A stretch of DNA of 63,535 nucleotides, the filler included, from Stramenopiles sp. TOSAG23-3 (lineage: Eukaryota), in NCBI GenBank assembly GCA_900128585.1. It is 34 parts of 34 records of this genome, joined end to end, with 100 filler letters (N's around TTAATTAATTAA, not from the genome) between each part and the next. Parts side by side here need not be neighbours in the genome. Positions count along the whole stretch, not along the records: positions 11,289 to 13,065 come from LT645398.1; positions 13,166 to 14,942 come from LT645399.1; positions 15,043 to 16,817 come from LT645400.1; positions 16,918 to 18,692 come from LT645401.1; positions 18,793 to 20,566 come from LT645402.1; positions 20,667 to 22,440 come from LT645403.1; 28 more parts are not named here. One strand, given 5' to 3'. The position numbers were made by a program, and so were the translations under genes. The notes under the pieces were generated by a model. The model made no database searches and was not told where the DNA came from. It saw only the letters and a program-made list of their open reading frames with translations. Positions 11,851 to 22,540 of this stretch are shown here, piece after piece. Position 1 is the first letter of the stretch. Each line of letters begins with the position of its first letter.

Positions 11851-12561
11851 TCAGAGGCGAACCATCGGAGGAGTAGGATCACCATCAACCGGAGGATTTA
11901 TGATACCCATCAATCGCCCGAGTGTTGCATCTTTCCCAAGCTTAAGTTGCTTCAAAATATGTCGTACCGTGTGTTTTTTATGTTTATTGTAATACTCGGT
12001 TACCGCGGGTGGCAAATCGACGGTAGGTTTTCCATTTCCATGTTCATCCGGGGTTCCCATAACCTGACTCTTACCCAGCAGCATCTTCTGCATAGATTGG
12101 TCACCAGTGGTAGTTTTTGCGCTTTGGCGGCCCAGCATTTCTTGTTTTAAATTTGTTTCCGAGGCAATTGCGCCGAGTAATTTTCGTCCCTGAGCTACTA
12201 AGGTTCTGTCTTGAGATCCTCCTCCATGGATGACATTCTTGGCACCACCAGCTCTGGATACAACCATACTCAAGTGAGCATTCTCTGTCAAGTGTAGAAC
12301 GGACAAAACATGACGGATGGAATGCTTTGCGTATTGATGAAAAAACGCCATCAAATTGGTTTTAACCTGCGTAGGCAGACCCGGGTAGCCCCTGCCTCCG
12401 GGTCTGCCTCCCGACAAGACTTTGGACACAAACACTGCGTGTAGATGTTGCTCACCAACTATTGCATTCGCCTGCTGACGGTCTAGCAACTGCTCATCAA
12501 GTTCTACCCCGTAGGCCAGGGCAACAAGCAGGAACAGAACATAAATAGATTTCTGGGACAT
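11851..12561 (-). CDS. Secreted hypothetical protein with a duplicated His-rich helix
   Basis: Signal peptide MSQKSIYVLFLLVALAYG from ATG 12561; FFHQYAKHSIRHVLSVLHL versus YYNKHKKHTVRHILKQLKL. Confidence 0.65.
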   Translation of the reverse strand: MSQKSIYVLFLLVALAYGVELDEQLLDRQQANAIVGEQHLHAVFVSKVLSGGRPGGRGYPGLPTQVKTNLMAFFHQYAKHSIRHVLSVLHLTENAHLSMVVSRAGGAKNVIHGGGSQDRTLVAQGRKLLGAIASETNLKQEMLGRQSAKTTTGDQSMQKMLLGKSQVMGTPDEHGNGKPTVDLPPAVTEYYNKHKKHTVRHILKQLKLGKDATLGRLMGIINPPVDGDPTPPMVRL

Positions 12562-13250
12562 GGTTAGGTTTATTTGCAAAGTGAGGTTTCTATTGTTTCG
12601 AAGCTCTTCTAACACAATGATGAACACAATTAGAAACTTTATGGAGACAATTATCCTTTCTCCTCACAACATTTCCCCAGCAAATCAGAAGACCAGAAAG
12701 AAAGAAACCTTTGATTGTTGGTTTTTGGGCACCCTTTTCCTCATCAGCAGAGGTGTACTAGACAACTTTAAAATTCGGTAGCTGCTCTGTAATGTAGTAT
12801 TTGAAGTAAAATACTAATTGGAGTGTAATGTGCAGTATTAGTGTGACCATCCTCCCCCTCTTTTATGTTTTCTGTCAGCGGCCTCTCTTCTTTTTTGTTT
12901 TTTGGATGTTGTTTTCTTTATTTACTATACAGCTACGCCAAATATAATTTAATAAGGAGATAGTGATACTAGACTATAAAAAATGTACTGACTTCATATT
13001 TTATCTTTTATATTCCAGTTTATCTAAACTGTAATATTGGGGAATTTAAGGGTTTTTACGGGGATNNNNNNNNNNNNNNNNNNNNNNNNNNNNNNNNNNN
13101 NNNNNNNNNTTAATTAATTAANNNNNNNNNNNNNNNNNNNNNNNNNNNNNNNNNNNNNNNNNNNNTGGGCGAAGCATTGAGGGAAATAACGAGTGTTTAA
13201 GAACAATACTTGTGTGGGATTTTTTCGATAGTATATAGCAGAGTCTACAA

Positions 13251-14408
13251 ATGAAGTCGATATTTTGCGTACTAGGTTTTACCATCTTTCTACTATTGCA
13301 AGTAGTGGCTTCAGAACGGGTTTATAGGGCAGGACGTAAAAGCCAAGTGGCGGTGGGAAAGGATTCAGAAGATACCTCAAAAGCGGGGTTAGCAAAGATC
13401 GAAAAAAGCTTGAAGAAAAAGCTTAAAAAGTGTAAAAAACTCTTCTTGAAATACCGCAGGAAAAAATGCAGAAGAAAAGCGGAAAAAGCTGCAGCAAGAA
13501 AAAGACGTTGTGAGAAATACAAGTTGAAACCGTTGTATTTGGCAATCGAGGATGGGACTTTCGACAAAGATTTTAAAGCTTTGGTTGGTATGACGGTCGA
13601 ACAGTCTATTCAACGATACAATGAGATATGTCCGCTTTTGAGTGAAAGTCCGTGCACACCTCTTGCATACGACACGATTGTTGATCTATTTCGAGGTCCA
13701 GAAAGTTCGAACCGAATTGTGCTGGCCGAACCTAACATCCACTGGATCTACCGTGTCGACGTCTTAAACTCTAACACTGCAAAAACTGTTGCGGAGGCAG
13801 AGGAAAGGTGTTTTAAGAAAATGCCAATCCACGAATCCGTTTTTCACGGTGTGCGCAATTCTAAATACGTCGATCAATCTGGGCATATGGAATCCGTGTT
13901 CACTCCGGAAGGGAAAGTTGTTGTAAGTATCAAGGAGATGGGGACTTTTAATTTTTTTGGAAAAGCAAACGGTAAGTGGGCCAAGGGCATGAGGGAGGCA
14001 CACGTGGAAGCAGACGTGAAACCTTACTTGAATATACTTTCTCGTAAGTGCATGAAGTCAAAACGCTTAAGTATCGGACTTAAAATTAAAGAAGGAATTA
14101 ATTTTCTGTTACCGAAAAAGTACAAAATGAAAACCCAGCTTGATCAGGGAAGTACGTTTACGAAGAAATATGGATGCGGGTACGGCAACTATAGAAAAGA
14201 GTTCATGAAAAAATGGGATGAGTTGCGCTCGCAACCTCAGGTTATTTCTAAGAACATGAAAAGAACATTTTGGAGAATGTTTCAATTCGACCGGGACGCA
14301 ATGAAACCTGGGCAATTATTTGATGGTGTGCGAAGGAAGGTTCCAAAAGAAATGATTGCACGAACGGCACGAACGTATGGGCGTATCCGTGATAGACTCG
14401 GCCGGTGA
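13251..14408 (+). CDS. Secreted basic hypothetical protein
   Basis: Complete 385 aa; signal peptide, Lys/Arg-rich Cys-containing helix, central globular domain. Confidence 0.75.
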   Translation: MKSIFCVLGFTIFLLLQVVASERVYRAGRKSQVAVGKDSEDTSKAGLAKIEKSLKKKLKKCKKLFLKYRRKKCRRKAEKAAARKRRCEKYKLKPLYLAIEDGTFDKDFKALVGMTVEQSIQRYNEICPLLSESPCTPLAYDTIVDLFRGPESSNRIVLAEPNIHWIYRVDVLNSNTAKTVAEAEERCFKKMPIHESVFHGVRNSKYVDQSGHMESVFTPEGKVVVSIKEMGTFNFFGKANGKWAKGMREAHVEADVKPYLNILSRKCMKSKRLSIGLKIKEGINFLLPKKYKMKTQLDQGSTFTKKYGCGYGNYRKEFMKKWDELRSQPQVISKNMKRTFWRMFQFDRDAMKPGQLFDGVRRKVPKEMIARTARTYGRIRDRLGR

Positions 14409-14633
14409 ATTCGTTCGGACTCATTCCGGTTTTTATTAAAAGTGGGGCTGTTTATAATTAAAAAAAAACAAAAATTTAATTTAAAAAAAAAACAACACAT
14501 ATTTTTTGAATATATATTCGTACACGCTTTAACCCCTTAGCTCTCATTCTCTTTCTAGGAGAATGAAATTGCAAAATTTAAAAGGGCGAGAGGTGAACAC
14601 ATCCAAAAGATTTAATATTCACACCGTGTCTCG

Positions 14634-14942
14634 TCACTCTAGCAAATCTGTCAACCCGCTGACCGTATGAAGCTCCCCATGCTTGCTTGAAGCGATCAGG
14701 TCCGCTCTATTGTGTAATATCATGTGGTCCGTCAAGTTGCGGGTGATGTGTTGCAAGTGACGAACTTTGTTCTTGATTCTCAGCAACAAAGATTTGTCCT
14801 TTGCAGCACAACCACGTTCTTCGCCGCCTCTACCCTTCGTCTGCAAGTACGATTTTCGAAAGTTGAGTATTTCATTGTGGCAGCACTTTAGAATCAATGA
14901 CGCTAGCAATTCATCTCGTTTGGAAAAGGCCTGGTACTGTTC
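14634..14942 (-). CDS. C-terminal fragment of a hypothetical protein
   Basis: Frame open from the contig end to stop at 14634, convergent with the previous gene. Confidence 0.35.
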   Translation of the reverse strand, partial: EQYQAFSKRDELLASLILKCCHNEILNFRKSYLQTKGRGGEERGCAAKDKSLLLRIKNKVRHLQHITRNLTDHMILHNRADLIASSKHGELHTVSGLTDLLE

Positions 14943-15047
14943 NNNNNNNNNNNNNNNNNNNNNNNNNNNNNNNNNNNNNNNNNNNNTTAATTAATTAANN
15001 NNNNNNNNNNNNNNNNNNNNNNNNNNNNNNNNNNNNNNNNNNACGGT

Positions 15048-16637
15048 ATGCACACCTTTCGAACCGTCCCATTCATGTACCTGGGGGTGAGAGGGAACAC
15101 CAGCAACGCAACGGAAGCTTCAAGCGCAGCTTTGTTTCCGAGCAGACGCTGGCTCGGGCACCTGCGGAGTAGGTGGGTATGGCACGGCTGGGAATTCTAC
15201 GGTGCCGGGCAACACGAAGGTGCAAGAGAACACTACAATGTTAACCCCCTCGAACTGTACAACCTTGCGACGGTGCAGAGGGATCTCGGCTGGGAGTTGG
15301 AAAGTTTGGAAACGTTACGAGCGGCAAAACAGTTCGCATCGGAGCAGAATGGGTACCGTCGGGGCCTCGCTGAAATCTACACGAAGGACAGAAGATGGAC
15401 GTACGACAAAGAGCCGATGAAAGACCCGCACTTCTTCTTGACCAAGCATGCAGCCAGAATGCGGACCGGCCCCTGCGCCAAGAACCCCAACGAAAAATAC
15501 CTGCAGCTGCCTAGCCTGGACGGGGCTCTGAGCCAGCAGATGGAAACAGTAGTGGAAGGGCTGGCGATTGCGTACATACTGGGGCGCACGTTAGTGCTGC
15601 CAGTGTTCTCCCTGTCGAGCGCGCCGGCACACGGGGCGGGAAACGAGCAGGTGCTGCAGTTCGCCTCTTTGTTTGACACCTCGTTTTTGCACCAAAAGCT
15701 GAGAGGCGTCGTGTGCCACGTCGCGCCCAACGCCCCTTCAATGAAAGATATTTCGGGGGAAGACATTCTGTCCGTCCCGTATGGCGCCGATGCCCCCCTC
15801 GGCTGGTACCGTAGGCAGTTTGGACCGTTGTCAGGTACAGTTTTTGCGGAAAAGAAAGTTCTCCGCTTGGCCCACCCGGCGGGGCTCCGTCAGAGTCTCG
15901 TGCGGTTCCTTGGCCCGCACGCGTTGCATATGGAATGTGTGCTGCGAGACGCACTTCGCTTCCACCCAAGACTGTACACTTCTGGAATGAACCTGGCGGG
16001 CAAGATGAGGGCGGAGGGGGGCGGAGATGGAAAGTACACTGCCGTCGACCAGAGTCGTGACTTCCGCGGGGGCTGCGTCAGCATGGAACGTTTGCACCTT
16101 TTCCGTGCAGAATTTTGCGTTTCTGCGAAAAGCGTTCAGGAGCGCGTAGACAGGGTCGAAGAGTTGAAAAGCATAGAGATGGTTTACCTTTACGACTCGG
16201 ACGTTTACACGAAAGAGTCTCGTGCAGACGAGCTGAAGGACGTCTGGGAAACAGGGAATTCTCACCGTGTACGGTCTCTTCTCGACTTTTTGGTCCCGGG
16301 CGACCTAGGAAACGACGTTCCTGAATTGATCCAAGGGGCTTTGAATTTTATAGTTTGTGAAAGTGCAGACAAGTTTGTTGGAAACGGGTATAGCAAATTT
16401 TCGAAAGAAGTTACAAGGCGGCGTGCTCAAAAGGGAAGAGCATCGTACGTTTACAACGTCGCGTGGAACCGCAGTGGCGTCGCATCGGGAGGAGAGTTGG
16501 ACAAGAACACCGCTGCAAAGCTACGAACCGACAAAGGGCGCCTGTTGGAACCGTTCTTGTCAACAATGCCTCCCGTGTCCGGGAAGAAGCAGCAGGGGAG
16601 AACAGGCACGGGTTTGACGGATCTGCAAAGTTTGTGA
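15048..16637 (+). CDS. GDP-fucose protein O-fucosyltransferase-like (O-FucT) protein, possibly 5' partial
   Basis: GALSQQ...GLAIAYILGRTLVLP, FASLFDTSFL, VCESADKFVGNGYSKFS are O-FucT-family motifs; the usual H-x-R donor motif appears as DQSR. Confidence 0.75.
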   Translation: MHTFRTVPFMYLGVRGNTSNATEASSAALFPSRRWLGHLRSRWVWHGWEFYGAGQHEGAREHYNVNPLELYNLATVQRDLGWELESLETLRAAKQFASEQNGYRRGLAEIYTKDRRWTYDKEPMKDPHFFLTKHAARMRTGPCAKNPNEKYLQLPSLDGALSQQMETVVEGLAIAYILGRTLVLPVFSLSSAPAHGAGNEQVLQFASLFDTSFLHQKLRGVVCHVAPNAPSMKDISGEDILSVPYGADAPLGWYRRQFGPLSGTVFAEKKVLRLAHPAGLRQSLVRFLGPHALHMECVLRDALRFHPRLYTSGMNLAGKMRAEGGGDGKYTAVDQSRDFRGGCVSMERLHLFRAEFCVSAKSVQERVDRVEELKSIEMVYLYDSDVYTKESRADELKDVWETGNSHRVRSLLDFLVPGDLGNDVPELIQGALNFIVCESADKFVGNGYSKFSKEVTRRRAQKGRASYVYNVAWNRSGVASGGELDKNTAAKLRTDKGRLLEPFLSTMPPVSGKKQQGRTGTGLTDLQSL

Positions 16638-17127
16638 GACCGAGGAAGTTGTTTAAATTTTTTACGAAGAGGAGCAATTTAAAGCGTCTACCTTTTTACT
16701 GACAGAAGCAATGATTTTACCCGTCTATTATTCAGCACGAGGACGTTAATGGACAAATGGAATCAAATCGTTCATTGGAAAATATATCATCCCCTCGGTG
16801 ATTGACAACCAACAATGNNNNNNNNNNNNNNNNNNNNNNNNNNNNNNNNNNNNNNNNNNNNTTAATTAATTAANNNNNNNNNNNNNNNNNNNNNNNNNNN
16901 NNNNNNNNNNNNNNNNNCTGGTGGCTTTAACACGCTCGATTTTTGGATTCCACCAGATCAATGGTGCAACCAATACCCTCTTGGATCCGTACAGGGGAAA
17001 AGTAACCGGGACAATTTACCTACAATTAGTGAGAATTCGAAGGCACTTAGGGAAAACAAAGACAGCGGGGGTGCTTTAGACTCATCATTTCGTCAGGTTC
17101 ACGCGATTGTGCAGTCAAGGACGCAAA

Positions 17128-18692
17128 ATGAGAGGTCTGGTTGTGTTTCTTATTCTTCTGTGTGCTGCCAGCGATTCGGCTGCGAGTAGAGGGTTCAAAG
17201 CGCGTGCTCAAAGATCTTCCGTTTCTATGGCACCGCTGGCAAATGCAATGTCAAGCAAAAAATCCACAGAAGAAAAAGTCGAGAGATTGAATGAGACAGT
17301 GGTGAAATTGAAAGACACGGTGGTGAACTTGGAGGAGGACAATGAGGCAGAGAAGACGAAGGATCGTGAGCGAGATAAACTACTACAGACTTTCGAAGAT
17401 CGTTTAGAGAAATCCGAGCGGAAACCCGGGCCTCCTGGAAAAGATGGTACCAATGGACACAATGGATATAATGGAAAGCAAGGCAATCCCGGCAGAGATG
17501 GCAGAGACGGTGCCACGGGGCCTCGTGGAGAACCTGGCACAGGAATAAAAGGAGACAAAGGCGATAAAGGGGACGATGGTCTTGGGCTAACCTTGCAACC
17601 TTTTCAGATTGGGAAAACTTACAAAGAAGGAGACTATGTATTCCACACGGGGCGTACGGGTGGCGACGCGATGTTTATTGCCCAACGGTCGTTCAAAGCT
17701 GCGTCTGTGCCATCAAAAGACCATACAAATTGGTTGCAATTCCAAGCACCTAGAGGCAGACCTGGCGAGAAAGGTGAGCCAGGAAAAGCCGGCGCCAATG
17801 GCGAGAAAGGTGAGCCAGGAAAGGCCGGCGCCGAGCGCACAGGTGAACCGGGACGTGATGGAAAAGATGGGGCCACCGGGCCTCGTGGAGAACCTGGCAC
17901 AGGGATAAAAGGGGACAAAGGCGATAAAGGAAATGATGGCCTTGGATTACATTTGAAAGTGTTCGAAATTGGAAAGTCATATACACCAGGTGATTACGTC
18001 TTTGCAAAGTCATCCCAAGCGCATCATGAATCCCTTTATATTGCCCAAAGGTCCTTTGTTGCAGAAAAAACGCCAAGTGAAGCTACAGTAGGCAAATGGA
18101 CCGAATTTCGTGCTCCAAGAGGGCCACCAGGGAAAGACGGAAAGCCTGGGCGAGACGGGAAAGATGGGGAACCTGGCCCGACGGGAGCAACCGGGGGGAT
18201 GGCCGAGCCGACGCCAAATCCTTCACCGTACCCGTACCCTAAACCGCCATTTCACCCGGACTTTCAAACCTGCGCTGAGGTCATGAAGAAAAACGACCCG
18301 AAAGCAGAAAAGGGTTTTTTTCACATAGTAATTGGCGGTAAAAAAATTAAGACTTATTGCAAAACATTTTCTGATGGTTCAGTATGGACAATGTTGGCAA
18401 AATCAACCATGGGCGATAGTACAAATGTTTGGGGAGATAGTGGATGGGATGCGTATACAAATACAGGAATTGGAAATCCTGAGAAGGGACAGTTCTGGAT
18501 GCCTCTCAAAGAATGGAAGCAGTTAGCTTCACACTTCCCTTCGAACGAACTGCTTGTGACGGACAGCAGCCATGCTTCGGTTGCAAGTGCCCCGCAGGTG
18601 GTAGACCTGACGCTGAGTGGTTCTACATACGTGATAGGAGGATTTGCAAAGAACTCTGCGCAACTTACGCTTGCAACAAAGAACAAACGTGC
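17128..18692 (+). CDS. Secreted collagen-repeat protein with two CBM5/12-like modules and a fibrinogen-like domain, 3' partial
   Basis: Signal peptide, coiled coil, three Gly-X-Y tracts, duplicated GKTY..GDYVF...IAQRSF....P...W module, TCAEVMKK...KGFFHI...KTYC...GSVWTML. Confidence 0.8.
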
Positions 18693-18980
18693 NNNNNNNN
18701 NNNNNNNNNNNNNNNNNNNNNNNNNNNNNNNNNNNNTTAATTAATTAANNNNNNNNNNNNNNNNNNNNNNNNNNNNNNNNNNNNNNNNNNNNAAATGGGC
18801 CCCTGCCAGGCGTCCCGAAGGGTCATTTTATGGGATAAGTAATAATAAGGACAAAGTACATTATAAAAAAAATGTGAATCAAAAAACGGTAAACTAGGTA
18901 ATAGCTCGTTATCCCAACATTCACGTGAGATATGCTCTCGCCTACGAGGATAGAAGCCACGAAGTTCTGTTTCTGATTTT

Positions 18981-20279
18981 TTAGCATTTTAACGGAGGGT
19001 GAACGTTCGATGCTGTAAAATCATCGGCAACGTATCGACAGAACCAGTCTTTCTTCGGTTTTTCGACGAATGAAACGTTTTTAAAATGTAACCCTTTCAA
19101 AAAATCATTCGGTTCCCCGCTTATAAAACCTGGCTTCGCGGCCCCAAGGACGGTGATATCTTCAAAGTGGATGTCTTGAAACAAAGGGCACATGGTTGGG
19201 CAGGGCGGTGGCGGGTCCCTCCGTTTTTTACCATAATCCAGCGTAATAATGAAGGCTGTACCACCATCTGGCTGCTGATAGCTATTTGGGGCAATTTTCC
19301 CAACACTGAGACGGCGGAAGGTATGGTTTACCATTGCCCCAGGGTAATATCGATGTGACTTGTACTTAATAGCCCATGGCGAGGAACCATTGGCATCGCC
19401 AATGACACAGTCTTCGACGAGAATGTCATAAATTCCACCGTATGTTGCAGAACCAATGCACACGTTTCTACTCAAAATTGTTGTATTGAAGATATGAATG
19501 TTTCGACTTGGCATTTGAACGCGTTTATCCCGGGAGGAGTTTGAGGATTTGATGGAAATTCCATCGTCGCCCGTATCAATCAAAGAGTCGCGCAACACAA
19601 CATTGACGCAGCTGTCTGGATCGAAGCCGTCAGTATTAGCCGTATAACGAGGGTTCAGGATTTCCACGTCTTCGACCAAAATGTTGCTGGAATATTGTGG
19701 GTGCAGTGTCCAAGACGCGGAGTGAACAAAAGAAATGTGCTTCAACGTTAAATGGTCGCTCCACATTGGTTCCCACGTTCTGGGCCCGTAGCCATAGTAT
19801 GCTGTCGTCCACCACCCTTCCAAGCCTCCGCCATCGATGGTACTAGACCTTCGATTTTCACCTATGATTGCCGCATGGGATATGTTTTCGCCGCAAAAAA
19901 TCGCAGTGGTATTCCAATACGACACACCGCATCTTGTGGTGAGCGGTTTGCCTCTTTTCGATGGGCTTTGCGCAGAGTAGATTGTCGCACCATCTCCTAC
20001 GAACAGTGTGGTGTTGCTCACAAGCGCGACGGAAGAAAAAACGCGGTAAGTCTTCCCGTCGCCAGGAAACAACACCGTTGCTAACGCTGGGTATTCAGCG
20101 TGACAATGATCAATGGTCTTTTGGATTGCAAAAGTATCATCGGTCGCATTATCCCCAACGGCACCATGATCCAGAACATTGCATGTCCCAGTGCGAAGTG
20201 CAGACACGCTCGTGCCTAAGAGAATAACAACAAACGCTCTCTGTATGACCAAAAGATACGCCTTCACCGATTTTTGCAT
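18981..20279 (-). CDS. Glycoside hydrolase family 28 (polygalacturonase-like), secreted
   Basis: NVLDHGAVGDNATDDTFAIQ, SWTLHP, NTDGFDPDS, DTGDDGISIKS; N-terminal signal. Confidence 0.9.
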   Translation of the reverse strand: MQKSVKAYLLVIQRAFVVILLGTSVSALRTGTCNVLDHGAVGDNATDDTFAIQKTIDHCHAEYPALATVLFPGDGKTYRVFSSVALVSNTTLFVGDGATIYSAQSPSKRGKPLTTRCGVSYWNTTAIFCGENISHAAIIGENRRSSTIDGGGLEGWWTTAYYGYGPRTWEPMWSDHLTLKHISFVHSASWTLHPQYSSNILVEDVEILNPRYTANTDGFDPDSCVNVVLRDSLIDTGDDGISIKSSNSSRDKRVQMPSRNIHIFNTTILSRNVCIGSATYGGIYDILVEDCVIGDANGSSPWAIKYKSHRYYPGAMVNHTFRRLSVGKIAPNSYQQPDGGTAFIITLDYGKKRRDPPPPCPTMCPLFQDIHFEDITVLGAAKPGFISGEPNDFLKGLHFKNVSFVEKPKKDWFCRYVADDFTASNVHPPLKC

Positions 20280-20666
20280 CTTGACTTTAATCTTGCGACC
20301 CTTTCGTCGTTTTTCCAGGTACTCTTTTTGCTTTCTCCCTTAATAGGCTGTCCTCTGTTATTTTCCATTGTACTCTTTCACTTTCTCCTTTGATTCGATT
20401 CCTTGATTAGAAGAAAATAAAGTGCGGCGTGCGTGACTATATACCCGGTATACAATTTCAACAAGAAGAACGGCGGAAGAGGAGTTTTGTTATTAGCTGC
20501 TGCTGCTGCTGGCGGTGGTGGTGGGGACCAAAAAGGTGGGGAGGTAGTAATGTCTCTTATATATTTNNNNNNNNNNNNNNNNNNNNNNNNNNNNNNNNNN
20601 NNNNNNNNNNTTAATTAATTAANNNNNNNNNNNNNNNNNNNNNNNNNNNNNNNNNNNNNNNNNNNN

Positions 20667-20974
20667 AGACTTTTCTTTCGCACGTTTGCTGCCTCATTCT
20701 GTTGTTTCAGTTTATTTTCCAGCTCTCTTATTTTCTCACCATGTCTTTCCATGTCTTCATTCAACCCCTTTTGTGCCAGATCTCGCTCTTTAGCTCTGTT
20801 CAACGCTTTACTATCTACCTCTTCTATGTCTTTCTTCGTTACTTTATGTTTAAGAGAATTTTGCAGAGTGCTCGCTATACGGTCAGACGGCCCCCGGGCT
20901 GCTCGAGACTCCATATTAAGACTGGTGACGGCAACTGCCCACAGTAGCAAAAGTGCAGCCACCTGACGCTTCAT
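20667..20974 (-). CDS. Secreted coiled-coil protein, paralog A, 3' partial
   Basis: Signal peptide; clear similarity to the 21911 ORF (ESRAA, NRAKE.DLA..GLNED.E...EKI..LE). Confidence 0.7.
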
Positions 20975-21910
20975 TTTCTCTTGTTTCTCTCGGTAAAGTT
21001 GTGCGCACGTTGATGGTCGGACGAAAACCCGAAGAAAGGTATTTGCAGAGTTGTTGCGCTTTTACCGCTTTCAAGATTACCTGCACAATGTTACGTAGAA
21101 CTCAATGTTAAAAAAGTAATATACTTCTATTCTAGCAACTGATCATTGCCGTGGTGGTATCGCCACGTCCTTGTTGTCGTCTGGTGATGGTATAATACCC
21201 TACGGTACGGTATAATACCAGGCACTGTTCTGTACCGCATTCCAGGTTTATTGCACCTGCTCTAGCAGCACAATATTATAATTAGTACTAGACCAACTAA
21301 TATACTTGTAGGATCAAGAAGATGTTGAAAGTTTGCTCGTTTCCTCGTTCTACAGGGTGCCTGTACGGTACGGTACCTGGTATAATATTAATTACGGTAC
21401 AGTCAGTGGCTTCGAGGAGCCAGCTGCAGATATTATTTATAACGTTGTTTGCTTCCACGCTACAAACTAATTCAACTGTTCTTATTCTTTAGTCAGTAAT
21501 GACGAGTGTTGTAAAACACAGTTTTAAAGAAGGTGGCTTTCTTTTATACAAAGGGGGGGGGGGGTACATGTATTTTATAGCAGTACTTTAACTATAGCTT
21601 CCTATGATGTTGGGCCACCGTGTTGCAAATGTAGACAATGCTGTCGTGTCTTATTATGTGCAGCCCAGACAGTTAAATTGAATATAGCAGTCAGTCTAGC
21701 AGTCCTTCTTCTTCTTCTATTTTGTGAATATCCCGTCTGCTCCTTCTCCTCACTGGTTTCACTGTTGTTCGTTTAAACTCATGGAAACATGCGGTGGAAT
21801 AAACAGCGGTGCACAATTCACACGGCATTTTGACATTCCGGTAACCTGCACGGCACCTCTTGGCGTGATGTTGACGCGAATGTATAAGATATAATCAGAG
21901 GAAATACGAA

Positions 21911-22440
21911 ATGAAACAGTTAGCAGCGGCGGCGTTTTTGTTACTATGCGTAGTCGCCGTGACTGGTGTCAGTCTCGAGTCTCGAGCAGCCAGCAGACCC
22001 TCTGCCGGCAGCGTGGGTGCGCTCCAAGGTGCTCTTAAAAGCAAAGTGAGACAAAAAGACGTGACGAATCTTGGCAATAAAATTAAGAATAGAGCTAAAG
22101 AGCACGACCTTGCAGAACAGGGTTTAAACGAAGACCTGGAAATGCAAAATGAGAAAATAAGTGCACTAGAAGAAAACATCATAGGGCAGGACACCGCAGC
22201 AGCGGGCGAGAAGAAAATGTTACGATCCCACCGGATAAAAATAGAAAATTTAGAAGGAAAGGTGGGTGAATTAGAGCGGAAGTCCACGCCCCAGACATAT
22301 ACACCAACGCCAAAGCCAACGCCAACGCCAACGCCAAAGCCAAACCAAAAAATTTGCAAAATTTCTGACCAGAGCGGGAAAGTCCTTCTAAACTCACTTG
22401 CTTTTTCCCAAGAATGCGCAGATGCATGCAAAAAAATGAC
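21911..22440 (+). CDS. Secreted coiled-coil protein, paralog B, 3' partial
   Basis: Signal peptide, coiled coil, PT/PK linker, then start of a Cys module (C...QECADAC). Confidence 0.75.
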
Positions 22441-22540
22441 NNNNNNNNNNNNNNNNNNNNNNNNNNNNNNNNNNNNNNNNNNNNTTAATTAATTAANNNN
22501 NNNNNNNNNNNNNNNNNNNNNNNNNNNNNNNNNNNNNNNN

